From assembly GCA_029938555.1 (NCBI GenBank), contig JAOZUR010000005.1, positions 4,966 through 68,965 on the forward strand: a stretch of 64,000 bases of DNA, read 5' to 3'. This DNA comes from Candidatus Sabulitectum sp. Its GTDB lineage: Bacteria; Fermentibacterota; Fermentibacteria; Fermentibacterales; JCC-6. The notes beneath the pieces were generated by a model. The model was not told the origin of the DNA and ran no database searches. It saw only the letters and a list, made by a program, of their open reading frames with translations. Positions 45,068 to 55,000 of this stretch are shown in pieces. Positions within the stretch are counted from its first letter, which is position 1. Each line of letters starts with the position of its first letter. The translations under genes and the position numbers were made by a program.

Positions 45068-45993
45068 TGCAATCAAAGGAATTAAAGCTTCATCTTTCCG
45101 CAACAATTGAAGAACTTAATCGAATGAAAGTTCTTGTGACTGAACAGAAAGAATTACCCTACGGTATTCAATTGTCTCTTTCGGGGTATGGTTCTTCATG
45201 TAAGATAAATCTGTATAACTCAAAGAAAAAAGGTAACTCAACCATACAAGCAGGTGGTGATAAAAGTTTTTTAGGTATGGTGCTTGAAAGACTGAACAAA
45301 ACCGCTAATTCAACTGTTGCAAGTAGTTCTTCTGTTCCAGCTGGTCTTAGAGCCGGTAGTGATGAAGCAGGAAAAGGAGAGTACTTTGGGCCGCTTGTTG
45401 TGGCCGCTGTTGCCTGTGAACAGTCTGTATCAAATAAGCTTGTAAAAATAGGGGTTGCTGACTCAAAAAAACTTTCAGCAGCAAAAATAAGAGAATTATA
45501 TGAAAAGATTACAGTCATGGGCGATCTCAGATACTCCGTGTGCTGCATTTCTCCAAGAGAATACAATAGGTTGTTTGAAGAGTTCAAGCGGAAAGGTCAA
45601 AACAGTCTTGATACTTTGGCAATGGCGCATGGAAAAGCTTTTGAGGATTTAGTTGCTAAAGGCGATGAACCAGATTTTGCGGTTATTGATAAATTCTGTG
45701 AAATGAAAAGATTAAAACCGTGGTTAACTATCCCGGTTTCAAAAGTTGAACTTCGAGTGCGAGCTGAAGATAGTGAGCCAGTTGTGGCTGCCGCTTCAAT
45801 AATTGCCAGAAGTGTTTATTTGGAAGAGCTTGAAAGACTTTCCCTATTGTATGGTGTAACTCTTAGGCCAGGGGCTGGAGCAGCTATTGATTCGCTTGGC
45901 AGGAAGCTCGTAAGCAAAAAAGGTGAAACCATTCTTATTGAAACTGCAAAAGTGCATTTTGCAAATACAAGAAGGATTGTTCGCACCACTTGA
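45067..45993 (+). CDS. rnhC: Ribonuclease HIII
   Basis: N-terminal DUF3378-like domain (...CKINLYNSKKKGNSTIQ). Catalytic GSDEAGKGEYFGPLVVAAV, DSKKLS and SIIARSV. The start overlaps the previous stop by 1 nt. Confidence 0.8.
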   Translation: MQSKELKLHLSATIEELNRMKVLVTEQKELPYGIQLSLSGYGSSCKINLYNSKKKGNSTIQAGGDKSFLGMVLERLNKTANSTVASSSSVPAGLRAGSDEAGKGEYFGPLVVAAVACEQSVSNKLVKIGVADSKKLSAAKIRELYEKITVMGDLRYSVCCISPREYNRLFEEFKRKGQNSLDTLAMAHGKAFEDLVAKGDEPDFAVIDKFCEMKRLKPWLTIPVSKVELRVRAEDSEPVVAAASIIARSVYLEELERLSLLYGVTLRPGAGAAIDSLGRKLVSKKGETILIETAKVHFANTRRIVRTT

Positions 45994-46106
45994 CCTAGCA
46001 CTGTGTTATTAAGATAGTTGCGTTGACTTTGGGCTGAGTAGTCCTTGATTCAGGGGTGAATCAAAAAAACACTTGTTGTAAAACAGAAAATCCGGAGGGA
46101 TTACAA

Positions 46107-46370
46107 ATGAGATTTTTAGCACTTGCTATGCTTCTTCTTGCTATGGCTATCGTAGGTATGGGTTGTGACAATGGTGAAATGGCTGAAGGAAGCAACGATG
46201 CAGTTGTTCAGCCTGCTGAAGAAGTAGTAGAAGAAGTTGTTGTTGATGACGTAGTAGTTGAAGAAGTTGTTGAAGGCGACGTAGTTGTTGAAGGCGACGT
46301 AGTTGTTGAAGGCGACGTAGTTGTTGAAGAAGTAATTGAAGAAGTACCAGCTGAAGAAGTTACAGAGTAA
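46107..46370 (+). CDS. Small acidic Val/Glu-repeat lipoprotein
   Basis: ATG 46107, 7 nt after GGAGGG. Signal peptide plus lipobox (IVGMGC). The mature part is almost entirely V/E/D, including (VVEGDV)x3. Confidence 0.6.
   Translation: MRFLALAMLLLAMAIVGMGCDNGEMAEGSNDAVVQPAEEVVEEVVVDDVVVEEVVEGDVVVEGDVVVEGDVVVEEVIEEVPAEEVTE
46273..46326 (+). repeat. Three perfect tandem 18-bp repeats inside the acidic lipoprotein gene
   Basis: gaaggcgacgtagttgtt occurs three times head to tail, at 46273-46290, 46291-46308 and 46309-46326. Confidence 0.95.
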
Positions 46371-46393
46371 TTTCGTTTTATAGAGTTTTAAAA

Positions 46394-46420
46394 AGCGGCG
46401 CATTGCGTCGCTTTTTTTTT
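46394..46420 (+). terminator. Rho-independent terminator
   Basis: AGCGGCGC-att-GCGTCGCT (8 bp including one G-T pair) followed by T9. It lies 24 nt after the stop. Confidence 0.8.
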
Positions 46421-46581
46421 GCGCACAGATAATCCCGCTGTGAACCTGCAAAAAAATGAATTAGGCTGCCACAGTTTCTTTTAATGCAAGGACTGGTTTG
46501 TCTAGGTAAACCTGATTATCATGAAGCATTGGATTAATTTTTTAATATTCTTAATGTATTTCTCCTTTTTGAAAGGAATGT

Positions 46582-49500
46582 ATGAAAAATCTAATGCCTG
46601 GTTTTATTATTGAACAGTTTAAACAAGAAAATTTCAAAGGTTCCTTTAATGCCTTCGTTATGATAGTGGATATTTCAGGTTTTACCAGACTAACTGAAAC
46701 CCTTATGTTGCATAAAAAACACGGTGCAGAAGTATTAACTAATGTTATTAATGGAATATTTGAGCCAATAATAGAAAAAATCTATCAACAGAACGGAATG
46801 GTTTCCTCATTTGCAGGAGATTCATTTACTGCGATATTTAGAGAAACAAATGTAAATGGTGAGAACAGCATAAATCAAATCATTTCAACAGCTTTGTTTG
46901 TTCAGGATCTCTTTTCCAAAAACATCAGTACACTTTTTGCACCATCTGTTGATCTCAATATGGAGATAGGAGTCAGAATTGGTCTGTCTTTTGGACAGAT
47001 TGAGTGGGGAATACTAGGTAAGGCTGGTAAGCATACTTATTACTATAAAGGTAAGGCAATTCGGAATTGTGTTAAATCAGAGAAGCATGCTGTTAGTGGC
47101 AGTATCGTTGTTGATTCGCGAATTATTGAGTTAAATCTGATAGATGATAGAAAAATTACTCTTGAAAAAATATCAGATGGGTATTTCAGTCTTGAATCAA
47201 TCGAATCAGCACCAGGACTGCAAGCCACAAAACTAGTGGAGAATACCAAGTTGTCTAGAAGTGAGCTTGAGCCATTCATTTTTGATTCAGTGCTTGATTT
47301 TAAAGGAAAAGCAGAATTTAGAGAAGTTGTAAGTGTTTTCATTTCATTTCGAGAACCGGAAACTGAAAAAGAGATGAATGATTTTGTAACAGGGGTTATT
47401 GAAAAAGCTTACAATTATGGTGGATTTTTTAACAAATTAGATTTTGGAGATAAAGGTAAAGTTGCTTTAGTTCTATTTGGTGCCCCAAAGTCTTATGAAA
47501 ATAACATAAAAAGAGCACTGAATTTTATTCTGAATCTGCAACAATCCAGCATCTTAGATTTTCGCGCTGGAATCTCTTATGGAACAGTTTATGCAGGAAT
47601 CATGGGCAGCGCACGAAGATGCGAGTACACAGTTATTGGTGACACTGTGAATTTTTCTTCTAGGTTAATGACAGGCGCTAAGTGGAATGAAATCAGAGTG
47701 AGTGAAGTTATTTCTGTTAAACAGAACCAGTTATTTGAATTCAAAAAACTTGGTGATTTTAAGTACAAAGGAACAACTAAAGTTGCTACCTACCAGTTGC
47801 TTTGTAGAAAAGACAAGCAGATAGATAGATTTTTTGAGAGTGAATTCATAGGTAGAGAAATTGAATTGCAACAGCTTAAGCAGTTCACTGAACCTGTTTT
47901 TCAAAAAAAATCTGCTGGCGTCACATATATTTACGGCGAAGCAGGGCAAGGCAAATCAAGATTGGTTTGGGAATTTAGAAAACGAATTGTATCAGACAAT
48001 AAAGCCAGACAAAACATGAAGAGAATTTCATGGTTTTTTATGCCGTCCGAAGAGATTTTCAGGAAGAGTTTTAATTGTGTCAACTACTTTCTTAACAACT
48101 ATTTTAACATCTCTGAGGAAAACAGTGAAGCTCTGAATGCACGGAATTTCAAAACAATTCATAATGAATTGATATCTAAACTTCATAAAATCAGAAACTC
48201 ATGCCATTTGTCTCAAGATAGCACTACATTAGCAGAAATAATGAAAGAGTTAGATAGAAGCAAATCTATTCTTGCAGGTTATCTAGGTATTAAGTATGAA
48301 AACTCGTTGTTTGATCAACTTGACGGAAAAGGCCGATATGAAAACTATTTGTATGCGGTGAAAGAACTTATAAAAGCAGAAAGTTTAATTAACCCTGTAA
48401 TTATTGAATTGGAAGATGCTCACTGGTTAGATGAAGATTCAAAAGAATTTTTGAAAATACTCACAAGAAATATTGAAAATTTTCCTGTTCAAATTCTCTG
48501 TCTTGTTAGATATAATGATGATGGTAGCAAGTATTCCCTTGACCTTAGTAATACTGTAAAAACAAATTCCTTGGATTTAAATGTATTTTCAAGAAAAAAT
48601 ATATCTGATTATTCAAGAATGGTATTAAAAACAGAAAGATTCCTTTCCGAGGAATTGCAGAATTACATTTACGAGAAAACGGATGGAAATCCATTTTTTA
48701 TGGAGCAGATACTGCTTTATCTAAAGGAACTGGATCTATTTCAATTGGATAAAAATAAGAATCTATTTTTTGACATGAAAGAAATAGAGAAAATTCCTTC
48801 CAGTATCCAGGCAGTGGTTATTTCCAGGTTAGATAGGCTGAGTCATGAGATGAAACAGGTAGTTCAAACTGCTTCCGTTCTTGGTAGAGAATTTTATATC
48901 AGAATTTTGTCGCAGATTTTAGGAAATGATAAACAGTTCCAAACGATATTTAAAAACAATCTAAGAGACATTGAACAAGAAAAAATATGGATGCCAATCT
49001 CTCAAATAAGTTACATATTTAAACATGCTCTGCTTAGAGATAGTGCTTATGGTATGCAACTTCAATCAAAACTTGTTCAGTTACATAAGTATGCAGCTTT
49101 CAGTTACGAAGAAGTATTTAAATTAAATTTGAAAGATTATTACGGTGATTTAGCTTATCACCATGAAAAAAGTGAAAACATAGATAAAGCGATTTATTAT
49201 CTTGAAAAAGCTGGTGATCACGCAAGTAAGCATTACAGAAATGATAGTGCACTAAAGTACTATGAACAGGCTATTGCAAATCTGAATTCCTACACAGAAG
49301 GTATAGAAGATTCAATAAATGTTAGTGAAAAATTAATAGATATACATCTGAAAAAAGGTGAAGTTTTACAGTTAATCGGCAAGTGGGATAAAGCGTTGTT
49401 TGATTTCAAAATAGCAGTTGGACTGGCTGAAGAGATAAATGATAATAACCGTTTAGCACAGGCAGAAGGTAAAACAGGGTGGCAGTTGTGCCTACAGGGT

Positions 49501-50832
49501 AATCATTCAGAGGCTCTTAGCTGTTATGAAAAACAGTTGAAAATATGCAAAGACTTGGAAGATATGGCAGGAATAGCTGTTGCATCAGGTGGAATTGGAC
49601 AGGTTTACTGGAAGACAAATCAGTATGAGAAAGCAATGGTTAACTTTGAACATCAACTTGAAATATCAAAATCACTGGATAACAGTAGTGAAATTTCAAA
49701 GGCTTATGGGAACATTGGAAACATTCATAAAAACAAAGGAAATTATTCTGAGGCTATGTTGTGTTATCAAACACAACTGAGAATTAATGAAAAAAATAAA
49801 GATAAGCAGGGAATGTCATTTGCGTTAGTTAACATAGGGCGTGTTTATGAAGATAAAGGTGATAGCAAAAAAGCATTGGAATATTTCACTAAAATGCTTG
49901 ATTTAGCAAAAGAAATTGGTGACAAGCGTTTTATTTCTTTCGCCATGGGTAATATAGGCATTATATATAACTTTCTTAGTGATTTTGAAAATACACTGAA
50001 ATGTTACGAAGAACAGTACAGGATTTCTGTAGAGCTTGGAGATAAAAATGGAATGGCTATGTCTTTAGGAAACACAGGCAATACTTACTATTTACAGGGA
50101 AATTACAGCAGAGCAGTACAGTATTTTACAGAGACATTACAGCTATACAGAGAATTGAAAAACAAACGAGGTATTTCAATAGCAAATGGGCTTATCGGTG
50201 TAATTTCCCGAAAAAAGGGTGAGTACAGTAAAGCCATTCAGTATTTTAACAGTAAATTAGACACCTGTGAAGAGCTGGGTGACAAACTTGGGCTTTCCAA
50301 TGCCCTGGGTTATCTGGGTGATGTGTACTTTAGTAAAAAGCAGTTAACTAAGTCACTTGACTACTATTTACATGCTTTGTTAATTGATGATAAGATAGAT
50401 TCTAAGCCACTTACAATCAATCATTTATTGGGTAAAGCAAATTGTCTTTTCTTTATGGGGCAGTACAAAGAGTCTAGGTTTTGTATTGATTCAATTCAAT
50501 CGATTGCCTTGGAGTTAGATGATCAACACTATGTATTTATGTCTAAAGTTATGGAAGAGAAAATCAACTACAAAACATCAGAGAGTGTTACAAAGAAAAA
50601 ACAGTGTATTGATAACCTTATTTTTATGCTTTCCGAAGAAATGGAAGAAGATAGACTGATTGAATTGAATTATGAGATTTCAATAATGCAAAATCAATTG
50701 AATATTAGTTATGCAATAAACTACAGGCAGAAAACAATCAATCTTCTAAAGGAACAATTCGAAAAGACTCCTGATGTTAGACATTTGAATAGAATAGAAG
50801 AGTTGCAAAAACAAAATTCAGGAGACTTATGA
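46582..50832 (+). CDS. Tandem class III nucleotidyl cyclase domains + STAND/AAA_16-type P-loop NTPase + TPR array
   Basis: Cyclase domain 1 has VMIVDISGFT...AGDSFTAIF. Domain 2 has VFISFRE...GDKGKVALVLFGAP...IGDTVNFSSRLM. Walker A is IYGEAGQGKSRL and Walker B VIIELEDAHWLD. The C-terminal third contains about 8-9 40-aa TPR-like repeats (A.GNIG..Y...G.Y..A...Y...L.I..ELGDK.G). Confidence 0.85.
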   Translation: MKNLMPGFIIEQFKQENFKGSFNAFVMIVDISGFTRLTETLMLHKKHGAEVLTNVINGIFEPIIEKIYQQNGMVSSFAGDSFTAIFRETNVNGENSINQIISTALFVQDLFSKNISTLFAPSVDLNMEIGVRIGLSFGQIEWGILGKAGKHTYYYKGKAIRNCVKSEKHAVSGSIVVDSRIIELNLIDDRKITLEKISDGYFSLESIESAPGLQATKLVENTKLSRSELEPFIFDSVLDFKGKAEFREVVSVFISFREPETEKEMNDFVTGVIEKAYNYGGFFNKLDFGDKGKVALVLFGAPKSYENNIKRALNFILNLQQSSILDFRAGISYGTVYAGIMGSARRCEYTVIGDTVNFSSRLMTGAKWNEIRVSEVISVKQNQLFEFKKLGDFKYKGTTKVATYQLLCRKDKQIDRFFESEFIGREIELQQLKQFTEPVFQKKSAGVTYIYGEAGQGKSRLVWEFRKRIVSDNKARQNMKRISWFFMPSEEIFRKSFNCVNYFLNNYFNISEENSEALNARNFKTIHNELISKLHKIRNSCHLSQDSTTLAEIMKELDRSKSILAGYLGIKYENSLFDQLDGKGRYENYLYAVKELIKAESLINPVIIELEDAHWLDEDSKEFLKILTRNIENFPVQILCLVRYNDDGSKYSLDLSNTVKTNSLDLNVFSRKNISDYSRMVLKTERFLSEELQNYIYEKTDGNPFFMEQILLYLKELDLFQLDKNKNLFFDMKEIEKIPSSIQAVVISRLDRLSHEMKQVVQTASVLGREFYIRILSQILGNDKQFQTIFKNNLRDIEQEKIWMPISQISYIFKHALLRDSAYGMQLQSKLVQLHKYAAFSYEEVFKLNLKDYYGDLAYHHEKSENIDKAIYYLEKAGDHASKHYRNDSALKYYEQAIANLNSYTEGIEDSINVSEKLIDIHLKKGEVLQLIGKWDKALFDFKIAVGLAEEINDNNRLAQAEGKTGWQLCLQGNHSEALSCYEKQLKICKDLEDMAGIAVASGGIGQVYWKTNQYEKAMVNFEHQLEISKSLDNSSEISKAYGNIGNIHKNKGNYSEAMLCYQTQLRINEKNKDKQGMSFALVNIGRVYEDKGDSKKALEYFTKMLDLAKEIGDKRFISFAMGNIGIIYNFLSDFENTLKCYEEQYRISVELGDKNGMAMSLGNTGNTYYLQGNYSRAVQYFTETLQLYRELKNKRGISIANGLIGVISRKKGEYSKAIQYFNSKLDTCEELGDKLGLSNALGYLGDVYFSKKQLTKSLDYYLHALLIDDKIDSKPLTINHLLGKANCLFFMGQYKESRFCIDSIQSIALELDDQHYVFMSKVMEEKINYKTSESVTKKKQCIDNLIFMLSEEMEEDRLIELNYEISIMQNQLNISYAINYRQKTINLLKEQFEKTPDVRHLNRIEELQKQNSGDL

Positions 50833-52073
50833 GATTATTACACACATCCGATTGGCATCTTGGTCGTTCGCTTTATGGAAGAAAGAGATACTCTGAATTT
50901 GAGTTATTTCTAAACTGGCTGGTTTTAACATTAGAAGAGAAATACATTGATGTTTTGTTAGTTGCTGGTGATGTTTTTGATACAAGTACGCCTAGCAATA
51001 AAGCACAGGAATTGTATTACAGATTCCTGTGTCGAGTTGCAGCTTCCTGCTGTAATTCTATTGTGATTATTGCAGGCAATCATGATTCGCCTTCGTTTTT
51101 GAATGCCCCCAGGGAATTGTTAAAGGTATTAAATGTGCATGTGGTTGGTTCTATTACAGATAATCCAGAAGATGAAGTTATTGTTTTGAACAACAACAAC
51201 AAAAACGAACCACAAGCCATTGTTTGTGCTGTACCTTATCTGCGTCACAAGGATATTCGCTGTGTAGAAGCAGGAGAAAATATAGAAGACAAAAACGAAA
51301 AACTCACTCTTGGTTTATCCAACCATTACAGGGATGTTTGTGATTTGGCAGAGCAAAAAAAAGCAGCTTTCTCAGATGATGGGTTTAATAATGTACCAAT
51401 TATTGCAATGGGTCATTTGTTTACAACCGGTGCAAAAACGGTAGATGGAGACGGGGTAAGAGAACTGTATGTTGGGTCTATTAATCGGATTGAAGAAGAT
51501 GTATTTCCATCTTCAATAGACTATCTTGCCCTTGGGCATTTGCATGTTGCTCAGCCTGTTGGTGTTTCAAACAGAAAGTGGTATTCAGGTTCACCAATTC
51601 CAATGGGTTTTGGTGAGGCCAATCAGGAAAAGAAAGTATTTGTTATAGAGTTTGCAGAGGGTGATTTTTTGTTTGATAAGATTCCAGTGCCTTGTTTTCA
51701 ATCACTTGTGCGCATTTCTGGTTCTCTTGAAGATATTCTTGTTAAATTAAATCAACTAAATGAAGATTCTAGCACTGCATGGCTTGAAATCGAGTATACT
51801 GGAAAAGATGTTGTGGGCAATCTTCGAGAAATGCTAAACGAGATGTTGTCTGGTTCAAATTTGGAAATACTAAGAATAAAAAACAGGCAGATGTTTCACA
51901 AGGTGATCAATTCTCTGAATCAAGATGAAACACTTGATGACCTGAAGGTTAGTGATGTTTTTCAGCGATGTCTTGAGACTTTTAATGTTCCTGAAGATGG
52001 GCGTAAAGAGCTGACTGATTGTTTCCATCAGATAGTAAAAGATCTGTTGGAAGAAGATGCCAATGCGGAGTAG
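50829..52073 (+). CDS. sbcD: Exonuclease SbcD (Mre11-like nuclease subunit)
   Basis: LLHTSDWHLG, AGDVFD, AGNHDS and GHLH phosphoesterase motifs. ATGA overlap with the upstream stop. Confidence 0.9.
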   Translation: MRLLHTSDWHLGRSLYGRKRYSEFELFLNWLVLTLEEKYIDVLLVAGDVFDTSTPSNKAQELYYRFLCRVAASCCNSIVIIAGNHDSPSFLNAPRELLKVLNVHVVGSITDNPEDEVIVLNNNNKNEPQAIVCAVPYLRHKDIRCVEAGENIEDKNEKLTLGLSNHYRDVCDLAEQKKAAFSDDGFNNVPIIAMGHLFTTGAKTVDGDGVRELYVGSINRIEEDVFPSSIDYLALGHLHVAQPVGVSNRKWYSGSPIPMGFGEANQEKKVFVIEFAEGDFLFDKIPVPCFQSLVRISGSLEDILVKLNQLNEDSSTAWLEIEYTGKDVVGNLREMLNEMLSGSNLEILRIKNRQMFHKVINSLNQDETLDDLKVSDVFQRCLETFNVPEDGRKELTDCFHQIVKDLLEEDANAE

Positions 52074-52094
52074 CAGAAACACAGGTGAATTTTA

Positions 52095-55000
52095 ATGAAA
52101 ATTCTAGAGTTAAGATTTAAAAATCTAAATTCTCTTTATGGTGAATGGGTAATTGACTTTACTCATCCCGAGTATTTGTCCAACGGTATTTTTGCACTTA
52201 CTGGACCCACCGGTGCAGGAAAATCAACAATTCTTGATGCAATTTGTCTTGCTCTTTATGGTGCAACTCCACGGCTTGGTAAAATTACTAAAGCAAATAA
52301 TGACATCATGTCACGACAGACCGGTGATTGTTATGCTGAGGTTCTTTTTGAATCAGAAACCGGAAAATTCCGCTGCAATTTTGCTCAACACAGGGCAAGG
52401 AAAAAAGCTACAGGTGATTTACAACCACCACAACATGAAATTTCTTATGGCACATCCAATGGAAAAGTAATCGAAAATCAGATAAGATCGGTTGCCAAAG
52501 TTATTGAGCAGAAAACTGGAATGGACTTTGATAGATTTACCCGTTCTATATTGCTTGCCCAGGGAGGTTTTGATACATTTCTTAAAGCCGGTATTGAAGA
52601 AAAATCAAAAATTCTAGAGCAGATAACAGGTACTGAAATTTACACTACCATTTCAAAACGCGTTCATGAACGCTCCCGCCAAGAGAAAGATTTACTGAAC
52701 ATATTAAATGCGGAAACAACTGGTTTTAATGTGCTTGATCAGATTCAGGAAGTGGAAATCAAGCAGAATTTAGAGGAATCAGAGCAGAAACAAACAGACC
52801 TGTCTATTTTGGTAGATGAATCAGGTAAGAGTATTGAATGGTTAAATGGCATTAAGTCTAAACGGCGGGAGCTGGATGATTTATTTAATCAGACCGAAAA
52901 ATTGAAGTCTACCATGGAAGATTTTGTACCACAACGGAAAATACTTGAATTTGCTTTAAAAGCTGCAAATTTTGATGGTATTTATGCAACGCTTATTGTG
53001 AAAAGAAATCAGCTGGAAGTTGAAAAAGGATCTTTGAAAGATGAAGAAACAAAGCTGCTCTCACGAAAATTTTCTGTAACTAAGAATGAAGAGATATTAA
53101 AGGGGGCAGAGCTGATCCGTGAGAAAGCTGGAAATGAGATAAGAGAAATAACTCCAGTTCTTGTTAAGGTTAGATCCATTGATCAATCTTTGAATGAGAT
53201 GAAAAGGACTGTTAATGATCTGGAAAAAGATGTAATCAAACAAAAGCAGGAGATTAAAAAAATAAGTTCTGAAGAAAAGAAAATTCTGAAAGAACGGGAA
53301 ACTGCCAAGGATGAAATCAGGCAAGCGGATGAATATCTTAAAAATAACTCTAGGGATCAGTGGCTTATTAGCGGTTTTGCCGGTGTGGAAGAGCGATTCA
53401 TCACTATTCTTGCCACACAGAAAGAAAAATCAATAATTGCAGATTCTGTATCTATTGCTAGGAAGACACTCAAAACAGCACAAAATACCCTTAAAAAGCG
53501 TACAGTGCAGTTGAACTTGGCAAAAGAAAAAGCAAAAAAAACTGAGTTATCAGTTAATGAAGGTAACAATTTTCTTACTGTTTTGCTTGATGGTGTTTTG
53601 CTAAGAGAGTACCGAACTCAAAAAGAAACCCTGCTTCGAGAGATGTCTTTTCATAAAAAAATAGAGGACTTAAAACAGCACAGGGAAAAACTGATAGATG
53701 GTGAGGTTTGCCCATTGTGCGGCGCTGTGGAACATCCTTTTGCTGAAGGAAACACTCCGGTAGTAGATGATATTGAAATCAAGATAAACGGTTTAAGTGA
53801 TTTAATAAAGCAGGCAGATGTTTTAGAATTACAAAACAAACAGTTAGCTGATGTTGACAAAAAGGCAGTGTTGAATCTTGCTGATTCTGATAAAAAGAAT
53901 TCAGATGCAGAGAGTGAAAAAACTTATGCAGAAAAGAGTCTTAAAAACACTCAAGATAGACTTGATGAGATTACCCAAAACCATAATGAATTGAAAATTT
54001 CTCTTTTAGAGAGATTGAAACCTCTGGGCATAGAACAAATTCCCCATACAGATGCGGCAGTGTTACTTGATTCTTTAAGGGAAAGACTTAACAAATTCCA
54101 GTTTCAAGCTCACATACAAAGTGAAGTGAAGAAACAGATATTGGAATATGACAATAAGCTTGAGAGAATTTTGGGTATATCTGAAACACTAAATGTATCT
54201 TTGCAGAAGACTTCTATTTTGTTTGATAATAGGAAGAAGGACTTGTTAAATCTGGAAGAGCAGCGGAAGAAATTGTTTGGGAAGAAAAATGTAAATACAG
54301 AGGAAAATAGATTTAAAAGGATACTTGCAGAAGCAGAAGAGAATTTTAATCAGGCTGGAATTTTAGATGAACAAGCTAAGCAGAAACTGCTTTCCGTTGT
54401 TGAGCGTATAGATAAGCTGAAAGACTTGATCAAAACCGATCAAGAGAATTTAAAAGTGATTGAATCTGATTTTGTAATTAATTTGAATTCTGATGGATTT
54501 GCAAACGAAGAGCAATTCAATAAAGCCTGTCTTTCAGTAAAAGAGAGAGATAAATTGTTACATAAAGCAAAAGAGCTTGATGAAAAAGAAACACGATTAA
54601 CTGTAACAAGAAAAGATAGGGAAATTCGCCTGCAAGCAGAAATAAGTAAATGTATCACAAATTCTTCAATGGAAGAATTGAAACCCATTTTTGAAAAATC
54701 CAAATTTGAACTTGTACAGATAATTGATTTGATTGCCGGTTTTAAACATAAAATTTTAGAAAATGTTAAAGCCAAAGACTTGATAAGGAAAAAGCAGATT
54801 GAAATTGAAAAACAGAAAAAAGAGTGTTCCAAATGGGAAAAGTTGTATAATCTTATTGGTTCAGCTGATGGAAAGAAGTTTAGAAACTTTGCACAGGGAT
54901 TAACCTTTGAACTAATGGTTTCACACGCCAACATACAGCTTGGAAAGATGACAGATAGGTATCTATTATTAAGAGATGATCTGGAACCTTTGAAGCTTAA

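Noticed and set aside
46273-46326. Possible CRISPR array or minisatellite
   Set aside because: The three 18-bp units are directly adjacent with no spacers. They are in frame and lie inside a coding sequence (VVEGDV repeats). No cas genes are nearby.
46116-46451. Antisense ORF with NNYVAF repeats, and likewise 61688-62095 and 61750-62004 opposite the second acidic lipoprotein
   Set aside because: These are mirror images of the GAA/GTT-rich acidic repeat coding sequence. The sense ORFs have a signal peptide, lipobox, SD and terminator, and the antisense ones have none.
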